A stretch of 37,351 bases of DNA, from the NCBI GenBank assembly GCA_900617105.1, contig UYFQ01000733.1:1-37351 (forward strand). The letters are read 5' to 3'. The stretch comes from Hydrurus foetidus. Its lineage: Eukaryota. The notes below the pieces were generated by a model. The model was not told where the DNA came from. It saw nothing but the letters and a program-made list of their open reading frames with translations, and ran no database searches. A program made the translations under genes and the position numbers. This document shows, piece after piece, positions 8,753 to 23,700 of the stretch (position 1 is its first letter; each line of letters starts with the position of its first letter).

Positions 8753-11700
8753 GTAAACAGAACCAACAAGATACAGCAAATCTAGAGATTTCAAACTAGG
8801 CAAATAGAATAAGGATTGTAATACCTCGTAGTTTTGCCGCGTGCATCACTGAATTAAATCGTGCTGAGCTGTTCTTTGACTGACGTCAACAAGTAGCCAG
8901 TAACCTCTCTGTCTGTTTTACCTCCTGACTTCACTGCACTTCTCTGACGCTTCTGAACTCTGTTAGGATTGATTCTTAAGTCCCAGCTGCCGTCTCTGGT
9001 AGCGGAAGGAATGACGTCTGTGAACATTTCTCTTGATACTCTCTGCCCTGACAAATTTGCGGACATCACAAGAAGGGATAAAAAAGGTGCGTGTCAAATA
9101 GAAATAGCTTGAATATTGTTTGAATTGGCTCTGACAGCATCGCTGTGAAATGAAAAATGCCCTGTTCTGCTCTTACTGTGCGGTGTTCGAACTGATGTGA
9201 AGTTATCGCCAGGAAATCGTTTTTATTAAAGATCTGATTGAGATATCAGACGAGTATCTGTCAGAGGCATCTCCTTCTGTCTCCATAAAACAAGTTACGT
9301 GTTCTTTATTCTCATTTTGTGAGGTGTTCATTATCTAAATCGATGCCCATATTTCAGTTTTTAGCAATGTAGAAACTGATTTGAATGTGCTGCAATATTT
9401 TGATTTAAATTTATCTTTTACTTCTTTCCTTATCTTGCACCTAGGGTTTTCGAAAGTTTTGTCGTCTATCTATGCTGCTGCCAGCATACCCGAGTTATCC
9501 GTCAAGATCAACTGTGTGCTGATGAGAGGGACGAATGATGAAGAGACAGGTGGCTAGCAAGGCAGAAAGATTTTACTACACTCCACTTCACTTCATTTTG
9601 ATTACTTTGTTCCATCTGATGTAGTACAATCACTGCGAGACAATATGATACAATACAATCACTGCGAGACAATATGATGCAACACAGAGCAATGCCATGT
9701 GACACCATGCAAGAATCACAGTGTGAACACCACGTTGCGCCACACACTAAATTTGAGTAGCTGAACAAGCGGTGTCAATACTGCACAGTACATTACATGC
9801 AAAACGATATGATATAGCTCAAAATTGTGCGTAGTGTATTGTATTCTGAAACATAGTGATTTACGTTTCATGCGTCATCGTTTTGAAAGTGATATACTGC
9901 ATTGCATTGTATAGCATTATATGATGTGTTACACTGCATTGCATCGTACAGCATTATATGATGTGTTACACTGCATTGCATCGTACAGCATTATATGATG
10001 TGTTACACTGCATTGCATCGTACAGCATTATATGATGTGTTACACTGCATTGCATCGTACAGCATTATATGATGTGTTACACTGCATTGCATCGTACAGC
10101 ATTATATGATGTGTTACACTGCATTGCATCGTAAAGCATTATATGATGTGTTACACTGCATTGCATTGTACAGCATTATATGATGTGTTACACTGCATTG
10201 CATCGTACAGCATTATATGATGTGTTACACTGCATTGCATCGTACAGCATTATATGATGTGTTACACTGCATTGCATCGTACAGCATTATATGATGTGTT
10301 ACACTGCATTGCATCGTACAGCATTATATGATGTGTTACACTGCATTGCATCGTACAGCATTATATGATGTGTTACACTGCATTGCATCGTACAGCATTA
10401 TATGATGTGTTACACTGCATTGCATCGTACAGCATTATATGATGTGTTACACTGCATTGCATCGTAAAGCATTATATGATGTGTTACACATCATAGCATT
10501 ATATGATGTGTTACACTGCATTGCATTGTACAGCATTATATGATGTGTTACACTGCATTGCATCGTACAGCATTATATGATGTGTTACACTGCATTGCAT
10601 CGTACAGCATTATATGATGTGTTACACTGCATTGCATCGTACAGCATTATATGATGTGTTACACTGCATTGCATCGTACAGCATTATATGATGTGTTACA
10701 CTGCATTGCATCGTACAGCATTATATGATGTGTTACACTGCATTGCATCGTACAGCATTATATGATGTGTTACACTGCATTGCATCGTAAAGCATTATAT
10801 GATGTGTTACACTGCATTGCATCGTACAGCATTATATGATGTGTTACACTGCATTGCATCGTACAGCATTATATGATGTGTTACACTGCATTGCATCGTA
10901 AAGCATTATATGATGTGTTACACTGCATTGCATCGTAAAGCATTATATGATGTGTTACACTGCATTGCATCGTACAGCATTATATGATGTGTTACACTGC
11001 ATTGCATCGTACAGCATTATATGATGTGTTACACTGCATTGCATCGTACAGCATTATATGATGTGTTACACTGCATTGCATCGTACAGCATTATATGATG
11101 TGTTACACTGCATTGCATCGTACAGCATTATATGATGTGTTACACTGCATTGCATCGTACAGCATTATATGATGTGTTACACTGCATTGCATCGTACAGC
11201 ATTATATGATGTGTTACACTGCATTGCATCGTACAGCATTATATGATGTGTTACACTGCATTGCATCGTACAGCATTATATGATGTGTTACACTGCATTG
11301 CATCGTACAGCATTATATGATGTGTTACACTGCATTGCATCGTAAAGCATTATATGATGTGTTACACTGCATTGCATCGTACAGCATTATATGATGTGTT
11401 ACACTGCATTGCATCGTACAGCATTATATGATGTGTTACACTGCATTGCATCGTACAGCATTATATGATGTGTTACACTGCATTGCATCGTACAGCATTA
11501 TATGATGTGTTACACTGCATTGCATCGTAAAGCATTATATGATGTGTTACACTGCATTGCATCGTACAGCATTATATGATGTGTTACACTGCATTGCATC
11601 GTACAGCATTATATGATGTGTTACACTGCATTGCATCGTACAGCATTATATGATGTGTTACACTGCATTGCATCGTACAGCATTATATGATGTGTTACAC

Positions 11701-14700
11701 TGCATTGCATCGTACAGCATTATATGATGTGTTACACTGCATTGCATCGTAAAGCATTATATGATGTGTTACACTGCATTGCATCGTACAGCATTATATG
11801 ATGTGTTACACTGCATTGCATCGTACAGCATTATATGATGTGTTACACTGCATTGCATCGTACAGCATTATATGATGTGTTACACTGCATTGCATCGTAC
11901 AGCATTATATGATGTGTTACACTGCATTGCATCGTACAGCATTATATGATGTGTTACACTGCATTGCATCGTACAGCATTATATGATGTGTTACACTGCA
12001 TTGCATCGTACAGCATTATATGATGTGTTACACTGCATTGCATCGTACAGCATTATATGATGTGTTACACTGCATTGCATCGTACAGCATTATATGATGT
12101 GTTACACTGCATTGCATCGTACAGCATTATATGATGTGTTACACTGCATTGCATCGTACAGCATTATATGATGTGTTACACTGCATTGCATCGTACAGCA
12201 TTATATGATGTGTTACACTGCATTGCATCGTACAGCATTATATGATGTGTTACACTGCATTGCATCGTACAGCATTATATGATGTGTTACACTGCATTGC
12301 ATCGTACAGCATTATATGATGTGTTACACTGCATTGCATCGTACAGCATTATATGATGTGTTACACTGCATTGCATCGTACAGCATTATATGATGTGTTA
12401 CACTGCATTGCATCGTACAGCATTATATGATGTGTTACACTGCATTGCATCGTACAGCATTATATGATGTGTTACACTGCATTGCATCGTACAGCATTAT
12501 ATGATGTGTTACACTGCATTGCATCGTACAGCATTATATGATGTGTTACACTGCATTGCATCGTACAGCATTATATGATGTGTTACACTGCATTGCATCG
12601 TACAGCATTATATGATGTGTTACACTGCATTGCATCGTACAGCATTATATGATGTGTTACACTGCATTGCATCGTACAGCATTATATGATGTGTTACACT
12701 GCATTGCATCGTACAGCATTATATGATGTGTTACACTGCATTGCATCGTAAAGCATTATATGATGTGTTACACTGCATTGCATCGTACAGCATTATATGA
12801 TGTGTTACACTGCATTGCATCGTACAGCATTATATGATGTGTTACACTGCATTGCATCGTACAGCATTATATGATGTGTTACACTGCATTGCATCGTACA
12901 GCATTATATGATGTGTTACACTGCATTGCATCGTACAGCATTATATGATGTGTTACACTGCATTGCATCGTAAAGCATTATATGATGTGTTACACTGCAT
13001 TGCATCGTAAAGCATTATATGATGTGTTACACTGCATTGCATCGTACAGCATTATATGATGTGTTACACTGCATTGCATCGTACAGCATTATATGATGTG
13101 TTACACTGCATTGCATCGTACAGCATTATATGATGTGTTACACTGCATTGCATCGTACAGCATTATATGATGTGTTACACTGCATTGCATCGTACAGCAT
13201 TATATGATGTGTTACACTGCATTGCATCGTACAGCATTATATGATGTGTTACACTGCATTGCATCGTACAGCATTATATGATGTGTTACACTGCATTGCA
13301 TCGTACAGCATTATATGATGTGTTACACTGCATTGCATCGTACAGCATTATATGATGTGTTACACTGCATTGCATCGTACAGCATTATATGATGTGTTAC
13401 ACTGCATTGCATCGTACAGCATTATATGATGTGTTACACTGCATTGCATCGTAAAGCATTATATGATGTGTTACACTGCATTGCATCGTAAAGCATTATA
13501 TGATGTGTTACACTGCATTGCATCGTACAGCATTATATGATGTGTTACACTGCATTGCATCGTAAAGCATTATATGATGTGTTACACTGCATTGCATCGT
13601 ACAGCATTATATGATGTGTTACACTGCATTGCATCGTAAAGCATTATATGATGTGTTACACTGCATTGCATCGTACAGCATTATATGATGTGTTACACTG
13701 CATTGCATCGTACAGCATTATATGATGTGTTACACTGCATTGCATCGTACAGCATTATATGATGTGTTACACTGCATTGCATCGTACAGCATTATATGAT
13801 GTGTTACACTGCATTGCATCGTACAGCATTATATGATGTGTTACACTGCATTGCATCGTACAGCATTATATGATGTGTTACACTGCATTGCATCGTACAG
13901 CATTATATGATGTGTTACACTGCATTGCATCGTAAAGCATTATATGATGTGTTACACTGCATTGCATCGTAAAGCATTATATGATGTGTTACACTGCATT
14001 GCATCGTAAAGCATTATATGATGTGTTACACTGCATTGCATCGTAAAGCATTATATGATGTGTTACACTGCATTGCATCGTAAAGCATTATATGATGTGT
14101 TACACTGCATTGCATCGTACAGCATTATATGATGTGTTACACTGCATTGCATCGTACAGCATTATATGATGTGTTACACTGCATTGCATCGTAAAGCATT
14201 ATATGATGTGTTACACTGCATTGCATCGTACAGCATTATATGATGTGTTACACTGCATTGCATCGTACAGCATTATATGATGTGTTACACTGCATTGCAT
14301 CGTAAAGCATTATATGATGTGTTACACTGCATTGCATCGTACAGCATTATATGATGTGTTACACTGCATTGCATCGTACAGCATTATATGATGTGTTACA
14401 CTGCATTGCATCGTACAGCATTATATGATGTGTTACACTGCATTGCATCGTAAAGCATTATATGATGTGTTACACTGCATTGCATCGTACAGCATTATAT
14501 GATGTGTTACACTGCATTGCATCGTACAGCATTATATGATGTGTTACACTGCATTGCATCGTAAAGCATTATATGATGTGTTACACTGCATTGCATCGTA
14601 CAGCATTATATGATGTGTTACACTGCATTGCATCGTACAGCATTATATGATGTGTTACACTGCATTGCATCGTAAAGCATTATATGATGTGTTACACTGC

Positions 14701-17700
14701 ATTGCATCGTACAGCATTATATGATGTGTTACACTGCATTGCATCGTAAAGCATTATATGATGTGTTACACTGCATTGCATCGTACAGCATTATATGATG
14801 TGTTACACTGCATTGCATCGTAAAGCATTATATGATGTGTTACACTGCATTGCATCGTACAGCATTATATGATGTGTTACACTGCATTGCATCGTAAAGC
14901 ATTATATGATGTGTTACACTGCATTGCATCGTACAGCATTATATGATGTGTTACACTGCATTGCATCGTACAGCATTATATGATGTGTTACACTGCATTG
15001 CATCGTACAGCATTATATGATGTGTTACACTGCATTGCATCGTAAAGCATTATATGATGTGTTACACTGCATTGCATCGTACAGCATTATATGATGTGTT
15101 ACACTGCATTGCATCGTACAGCATTATATGATGTGTTACACTGCATTGCATCGTACAGCATTATATGATGTGTTACACTGCATTGCATCGTACAGCATTA
15201 TATGATGTGTTACACTGCATTGCATCGTACAGCATTATATGATGTGTTACACTGCATTGCATCGTACAGCATTATATGATGTGTTACACTGCATTGCATC
15301 GTAAAGCATTATATGATGTGTTACACTGCATTGCATCGTAAAGCATTATATGATGTGTTACACTGCATTGCATCGTACAGCATTATATGATGTGTTACAC
15401 TGCATTGCATCGTACAGCATTATATGATGTGTTACACTGCATTGCATCGTACAGCATTATATGATGTGTTACACTGCATTGCATCGTACAGCATTATATG
15501 ATGTGTTACACTGCATTGCATCGTACAGCATTATATGATGTGTTACACTGCATTGCATCGTACAGCATTATATGATGTGTTACACTGCATTGCATCGTAC
15601 AGCATTATATGATGTGTTACACTGCATTGCATCGTACAGCATTATATGATGTGTTACACTGCATTGCATCGTACAGCATTATATGATGTGTTACACTGCA
15701 TTGCATCGTACAGCATTATATGATGTGTTACACTGCATTGCATCGTACAGCATTATATGATGTGTTACACTGCATTGCATCGTACAGCATTATATGATGT
15801 GTTACACTGCATTGCATCGTACAGCATTATATGATGTGTTACACTGCATTGCATCGTACAGCATTATATGATGTGTTACACTGCATTGCATCGTACAGCA
15901 TTATATGATGTGTTACACTGCATTGCATCGTAAAGCATTATATGATGTGTTACACTGCATTGCATCGTAAAGCATTATATGATGTGTTACACTGCATTGC
16001 ATCGTAAAGCATTATATGATGTGTTACACTGCATTGCATCGTAAAGCATTATATGATGTGTTACACTGCATTGCATCGTACAGCATTATATGATGTGTTA
16101 CACTGCATTGCATCGTACAGCATTATATGATGTGTTACACTGCATTGCATCGTACAGCATTATATGATGTGTTACACTGCATTGCATCGTAAAGCATTAT
16201 ATGATGTGTTACACTGCATTGCATCGTACAGCATTATATGATGTGTTACACTGCATTGCATCGTACAGCATTATATGATGTGTTACACTGCATTGCATCG
16301 TACAGCATTATATGATGTGTTACACTGCATTGCATCGTAAAGCATTATATGATGTGTTACACTGCATTGCATCGTACAGCATTATATGATGTGTTACACT
16401 GCATTGCATCGTAAAGCATTATATGATGTGTTACACTGCATTGCATCGTACAGCATTATATGATGTGTTACACTGCATTGCATCGTACAGCATTATATGA
16501 TGTGTTACACTGCATTGCATCGTACAGCATTATATGATGTGTTACACTGCATTGCATCGTACAGCATTATATGATGTGTTACACTGCATTGCATCGTACA
16601 GCATTATATGATGTGTTACACTGCATTGCATCGTAAAGCATTATATGATGTGTTACACTGCATTGCATCGTACAGCATTATATGATGTGTTACACTGCAT
16701 TGCATCGTAAAGCATTATATGATGTGTTACACTGCATTGCATCGTACAGCATTATATGATGTGTTACACTGCATTGCATCGTACAGCATTATATGATGTG
16801 TTACACTGCATTGCATCGTACAGCATTATATGATGTGTTACACTGCATTGCATCGTACAGCATTATATGATGTGTTACACTGCATTGCATCGTACAGCAT
16901 TATATGATGTGTTACACTGCATTGCATCGTACAGCATTATATGATGTGTTACACTGCATTGCATCGTACAGCATTATATGATGTGTTACACTGCATTGCA
17001 TCGTACAGCATTATATGATGTGTTACACTGCATTGCATCGTAAAGCATTATATGATGTGTTACACTGCATTGCATCGTACAGCATTATATGATGTGTTAC
17101 ACTGCATTGCATCGTAAAGCATTATATGATGTGTTACACTGCATTGCATCGTACAGCATTATATGATGTGTTACACTGCATTGCATCGTACAGCATTATA
17201 TGATGTGTTACACTGCATTGCATCGTACAGCATTATATGATGTGTTACACTGCATTGCATCGTAAAGCATTATATGATGTGTTACACTGCATTGCATCGT
17301 ACAGCATTATATGATGTGTTACACTGCATTGCATCGTAAAGCATTATATGATGTGTTACACTGCATTGCATCGTACAGCATTATATGATGTGTTACACTG
17401 CATTGCATCGTAAAGCATTATATGATGTGTTACACTGCATTGCATCGTAAAGCATTATATGATGTGTTACACTGCATTGCATCGTACAGCATTATATGAT
17501 GTGTTACACTGCATTGCATCGTACAGCATTATATGATGTGTTACACTGCATTGCATCGTACAGCATTATATGATGTGTTACACTGCATTGCATCGTAAAG
17601 CATTATATGATGTGTTACACTGCATTGCATCGTAGCATTATATGATGTGTTACACTGCATTGCATCGTACAGCATTATATGATGTGTTACACTGCATTGC

Positions 17701-20700
17701 ATCGTAAAGCATTATATGATGTGTTACACTGCATTGCATCGTACAGCATTATATGATGTGTTACACTGCATTGCATCGTACAGCATTATATGATGTGTTA
17801 CACTGCATTGCATCGTAAAGCATTATATGATGTGTTACACTGCATTGCATCGTACAGCATTATATGATGTGTTACACTGCATTGCATCGTACAGCATTAT
17901 ATGATGTGTTACACTGCATTGCATCGTAAAGCATTATATGATGTGTTACACTGCATTGCATCGTACAGCATTATATGATGTGTTACACTGCATTGCATCG
18001 TACAGCATTATATGATGTGTTACACTGCATTGCATCGTACAGCATTATATGATGTGTTACACTGCATTGCATCGTACAGCATTATATGATGTGTTACACT
18101 GCATTGCATCGTAAAGCATTATATGATGTGTTACACTGCATTGCATCGTACAGCATTATATGATGTGTTACACTGCATTGCATCGTACAGCATTATATGA
18201 TGTGTTACACTGCATTGCATCGTACAGCATTATATGATGTGTTACACTGCATTGCATCGTACAGCATTATATGATGTGTTACACTGCATTGCATCGTAAA
18301 GCATTATATGATGTGTTACACTGCATTGCATCGTACAGCATTATATGATGTGTTACACTGCATTGCATCGTAAAGCATTATATGATGTGTTACACTGCAT
18401 TGCATCGTACAGCATTATATGATGTGTTACACTGCATTGCATCGTACAGCATTATATGATGTGTTACACTGCATTGCATCGTACAGCATTATATGATGTG
18501 TTACACTGCATTGCATCGTACAGCATTATATGATGTGTTACACTGCATTGCATCGTACAGCATTATATGATGTGTTACACTGCATTGCATCGTACAGCAT
18601 TATATGATGTGTTACACTGCATTGCATCGTACAGCATTATATGATGTGTTACACTGCATTGCATCGTAAAGCATTATATGATGTGTTACACTGCATTGCA
18701 TCGTACAGCATTATATGATGTGTTACACTGCATTGCATCGTACAGCATTATATGATGTGTTACACTGCATTGCATCGTACAGCATTATATGATGTGTTAC
18801 ACTGCATTGCATCGTACAGCATTATATGATGTGTTACACTGCATTGCATCGTACAGCATTATATGATGTGTTACACTGCATTGCATCGTACAGCATTATA
18901 TGATGTGTTACACTGCATTGCATCGTACAGCATTATATGATGTGTTACACTGCATTGCATCGTACAGCATTATATGATGTGTTACACTGCATTGCATCGT
19001 ACAGCATTATATGATGTGTTACACTGCATTGCATCGTACAGCATTATATGATGTGTTACACTGCATTGCATCGTACAGCATTATATGATGTGTTACACTG
19101 CATTGCATCGTAAAGCATTATATGATGTGTTACACTGCATTGCATCGTAAAGCATTATATGATGTGTTACACTGCATTGCATCGTACAGCATTATATGAT
19201 GTGTTACACTGCATTGCATCGTACAGCATTATATGATGTGTTACACTGCATTGCATCGTACAGCATTATATGATGTGTTACACTGCATTGCATCGTACAG
19301 CATTATATGATGTGTTACACTGCATTGCATCGTAAAGCATTATATGATGTGTTACACTGCATTGCATCGTACAGCATTATATGATGTGTTACACTGCATT
19401 GCATCGTAAAGCATTATATGATGTGTTACACTGCATTGCATCGTACAGCATTATATGATGTGTTACACTGCATTGCATCGTACAGCATTATATGATGTGT
19501 TACACTGCATTGCATCGTACAGCATTATATGATGTGTTACACTGCATTGCATCGTACAGCATTATATGATGTGTTACACTGCATTGCATCGTACAGCATT
19601 ATATGATGTGTTACACTGCATTGCATCGTACAGCATTATATGATGTGTTACACTGCATTGCATCGTACAGCATTATATGATGTGTTACACTGCATTGCAT
19701 CGTACAGCATTATATGATGTGTTACACTGCATTGCATCGTACAGCATTATATGATGTGTTACACTGCATTGCATCGTACAGCATTATATGATGTGTTACA
19801 CTGCATTGCATCGTACAGCATTATATGATGTGTTACACTGCATTGCATCGTACAGCATTATATGATGTGTTACACTGCATTGCATCGTACAGCATTATAT
19901 GATGTGTTACACTGCATTGCATCGTACAGCATTATATGATGTGTTACACTGCATTGCATCGTAAAGCATTATATGATGTGTTACACTGCATTGCATCGTA
20001 AAGCATTATATGATGTGTTACACTGCATTGCATCGTACAGCATTATATGATGTGTTACACTGCATTGCATCGTACAGCATTATATGATGTGTTACACTGC
20101 ATTGCATCGTACAGCATTATATGATGTGTTACACTGCATTGCATCGTACAGCATTATATGATGTGTTACACTGCATTGCATCGTAAAGCATTATATGATG
20201 TGTTACACTGCATTGCATCGTACAGCATTATATGATGTGTTACACTGCATTGCATCGTACAGCATTATATGATGTGTTACACTGCATTGCATCGTACAGC
20301 ATTATATGATGTGTTACACTGCATTGCATCGTACAGCATTATATGATGTGTTACACTGCATTGCATCGTACAGCATTATATGATGTGTTACACTGCATTG
20401 CATCGTACAGCATTATATGATGTGTTACACTGCATTGCATCGTACAGCATTATATGATGTGTTACACTGCATTGCATCGTAAAGCATTATATGATGTGTT
20501 ACACTGCATTGCATCGTACAGCATTATATGATGTGTTACACTGCATTGCATCGTAAAGCATTATATGATGTGTTACACTGCATTGCATCGTACAGCATTA
20601 TATGATGTGTTACACTGCATTGCATCGTACAGCATTATATGATGTGTTACACTGCATTGCATCGTACAGCATTATATGATGTGTTACACTGCATTGCATC

Positions 20701-23700
20701 GTACAGCATTATATGATGTGTTACACTGCATTGCATCGTACAGCATTATATGATGTGTTACACTGCATTGCATCGTACAGCATTATATGATGTGTTACAC
20801 TGCATTGCATCGTAAAGCATTATATGATGTGTTACACTGCATTGCATCGTACAGCATTATATGATGTGTTACACTGCATTGCATCGTACAGCATTATATG
20901 ATGTGTTACACTGCATTGCATCGTACAGCATTATATGATGTGTTACACTGCATTGCATCGTACAGCATTATATGATGTGTTACACTGCATTGCATCGTAC
21001 AGCATTATATGATGTGTTACACTGCATTGCATCGTACAGCATTATATGATGTGTTACACTGCATTGCATCGTACAGCATTATATGATGTGTTACACTGCA
21101 TTGCATCGTACAGCATTATATGATGTGTTACACTGCATTGCATCGTACAGCATTATATGATGTGTTACACTGCATTGCATCGTACAGCATTATATGATGT
21201 GTTACACTGCATTGCATCGTACAGCATTATATGATGTGTTACACTGCATTGCATCGTAAGCATTATATGATGTGTTACACTGCATTGCATCGTACAGCAT
21301 TATATGATGTGTTACACTGCATTGCATCGTACAGCATTATATGATGTGTTACACTGCATTGCATCGTACAGCATTATATGATGTGTTACACTGCATTGCA
21401 TCGTACAGCATTATATGATGTGTTACACTGCATTGCATCGTAAAGCATTATATGATGTGTTACACTGCATTGCATCGTACAGCATTATATGATGTGTTAC
21501 ACTGCATTGCATCGTACAGCATTATATGATGTGTTACACTGCATTGCATCGTACAGCATTATATGATGTGTTACACTGCATTGCATCGTACAGCATTATA
21601 TGATGTGTTACACTGCATTGCATCGTACAGCATTATATGATGTGTTACACTGCATTGCATCGTACAGCATTATATGATGTGTTACACTGCATTGCATCGT
21701 ACAGCATTATATGATGTGTTACACTGCATTGCATCGTACAGCATTATATGATGTGTTACACTGCATTGCATCGTACAGCATTATATGATGTGTTACACTG
21801 CATTGCATCGTACAGCATTATATGATGTGTTACACTGCATTGCATCGTAAAGCATTATATGATGTGTTACACTGCATTGCATCGTACAGCATTATATGAT
21901 GTGTTACACTGCATTGCATCGTAAAGCATTATATGATGTGTTACACTGCATTGCATCGTACAGCATTATATGATGTGTTACACTGCATTGCATCGTACAG
22001 CATTATATGATGTGTTACACTGCATTGCATCGTACAGCATTATATGATGTGTTACACTGCATTGCATCGTACAGCATTATATGATGTGTTACACTGCATT
22101 GCATCGTAAGCATTATATGATGTGTTACACTGCATTGCATCGTACAGCATTATATGATGTGTTACACTGCATTGCATCGTACAGCATTATATGATGTGTT
22201 ACACTGCATTGCATCGTACAGCATTATATGATGTGTTACACTGCATTGCATCGTACAGCATTATATGATGTGTTACACTGCATTGCATCGTACAGCATTA
22301 TATGATGTGTTACACTGCATTGCATCGTACAGCATTATATGATGTGTTACACTGCATTGCATCGTACAGCATTATATGATGTGTTACACTGCATTGCATC
22401 GTACAGCATTATATGATGTGTTACACTGCATTGCATCGTACAGCATTATATGATGTGTTACACTGCATTGCATCGTACAGCATTATATGATGTGTTACAC
22501 TGCATTGCATCGTACAGCATTATATGATGTGTTACACTGCATTGCATCGTACAGCATTATATGATGTGTTACACTGCATTGCATCGTACAGCATTATATG
22601 ATGTGTTACACTGCATTGCATCGTACAGCATTATATGATGTGTTACACTGCATTGCATCGTACAGCATTATATGATGTGTTACACTGCATTGCATCGTAC
22701 AGCATTATATGATGTGTTACACTGCATTGCATCGTACAGCATTATATGATGTGTTACACTGCATTGCATCGTACAGCATTATATGATGTGTTACACTGCA
22801 TTGCATCGTACAGCATTATATGATGTGTTACACTGCATTGCATCGTAAAGCATTATATGATGTGTTACACTGCATTGCATCGTACAGCATTATATGATGT
22901 GTTACACTGCATTGCATCGTACAGCATTATATGATGTGTTACACTGCATTGCATCGTACAGCATTATATGATGTGTTACACTGCATTGCATCGTACAGCA
23001 TTATATGATGTGTTACACTGCATTGCATCGTACAGCATTATATGATGTGTTACACTGCATTGCATCGTACAGCATTATATGATGTGTTACACTGCATTGC
23101 ATCGTACAGCATTATATGATGTGTTACACTGCATTGCATCGTAAAGCATTATATGATGTGTTACACTGCATTGCATCGTACAGCATTATATGATGTGTTA
23201 CACTGCATTGCATCGTAAAGCATTATATGATGTGTTACACTGCATTGCATCGTACAGCATTATATGATGTGTTACACTGCATTGCATCGTACAGCATTAT
23301 ATGATGTGTTACACTGCATTGCATCGTACAGCATTATATGATGTGTTACACTGCATTGCATCGTACAGCATTATATGATGTGTTACACTGCATTGCATCG
23401 TACAGCATTATATGATGTGTTACACTGCATTGCATCGTACAGCATTATATGATGTGTTACACTGCATTGCATCGTAAAGCATTATATGATGTGTTACACT
23501 GCATTGCATCGTACAGCATTATATGATGTGTTACACTGCATTGCATCGTAAAGCATTATATGATGTGTTACACTGCATTGCATCGTACAGCATTATATGA
23601 TGTGTTACACTGCATTGCATCGTACAGCATTATATGATGTGTTACACTGCATTGCATCGTACAGCATTATATGATGTGTTACACTGCATTGCATCGTAAA

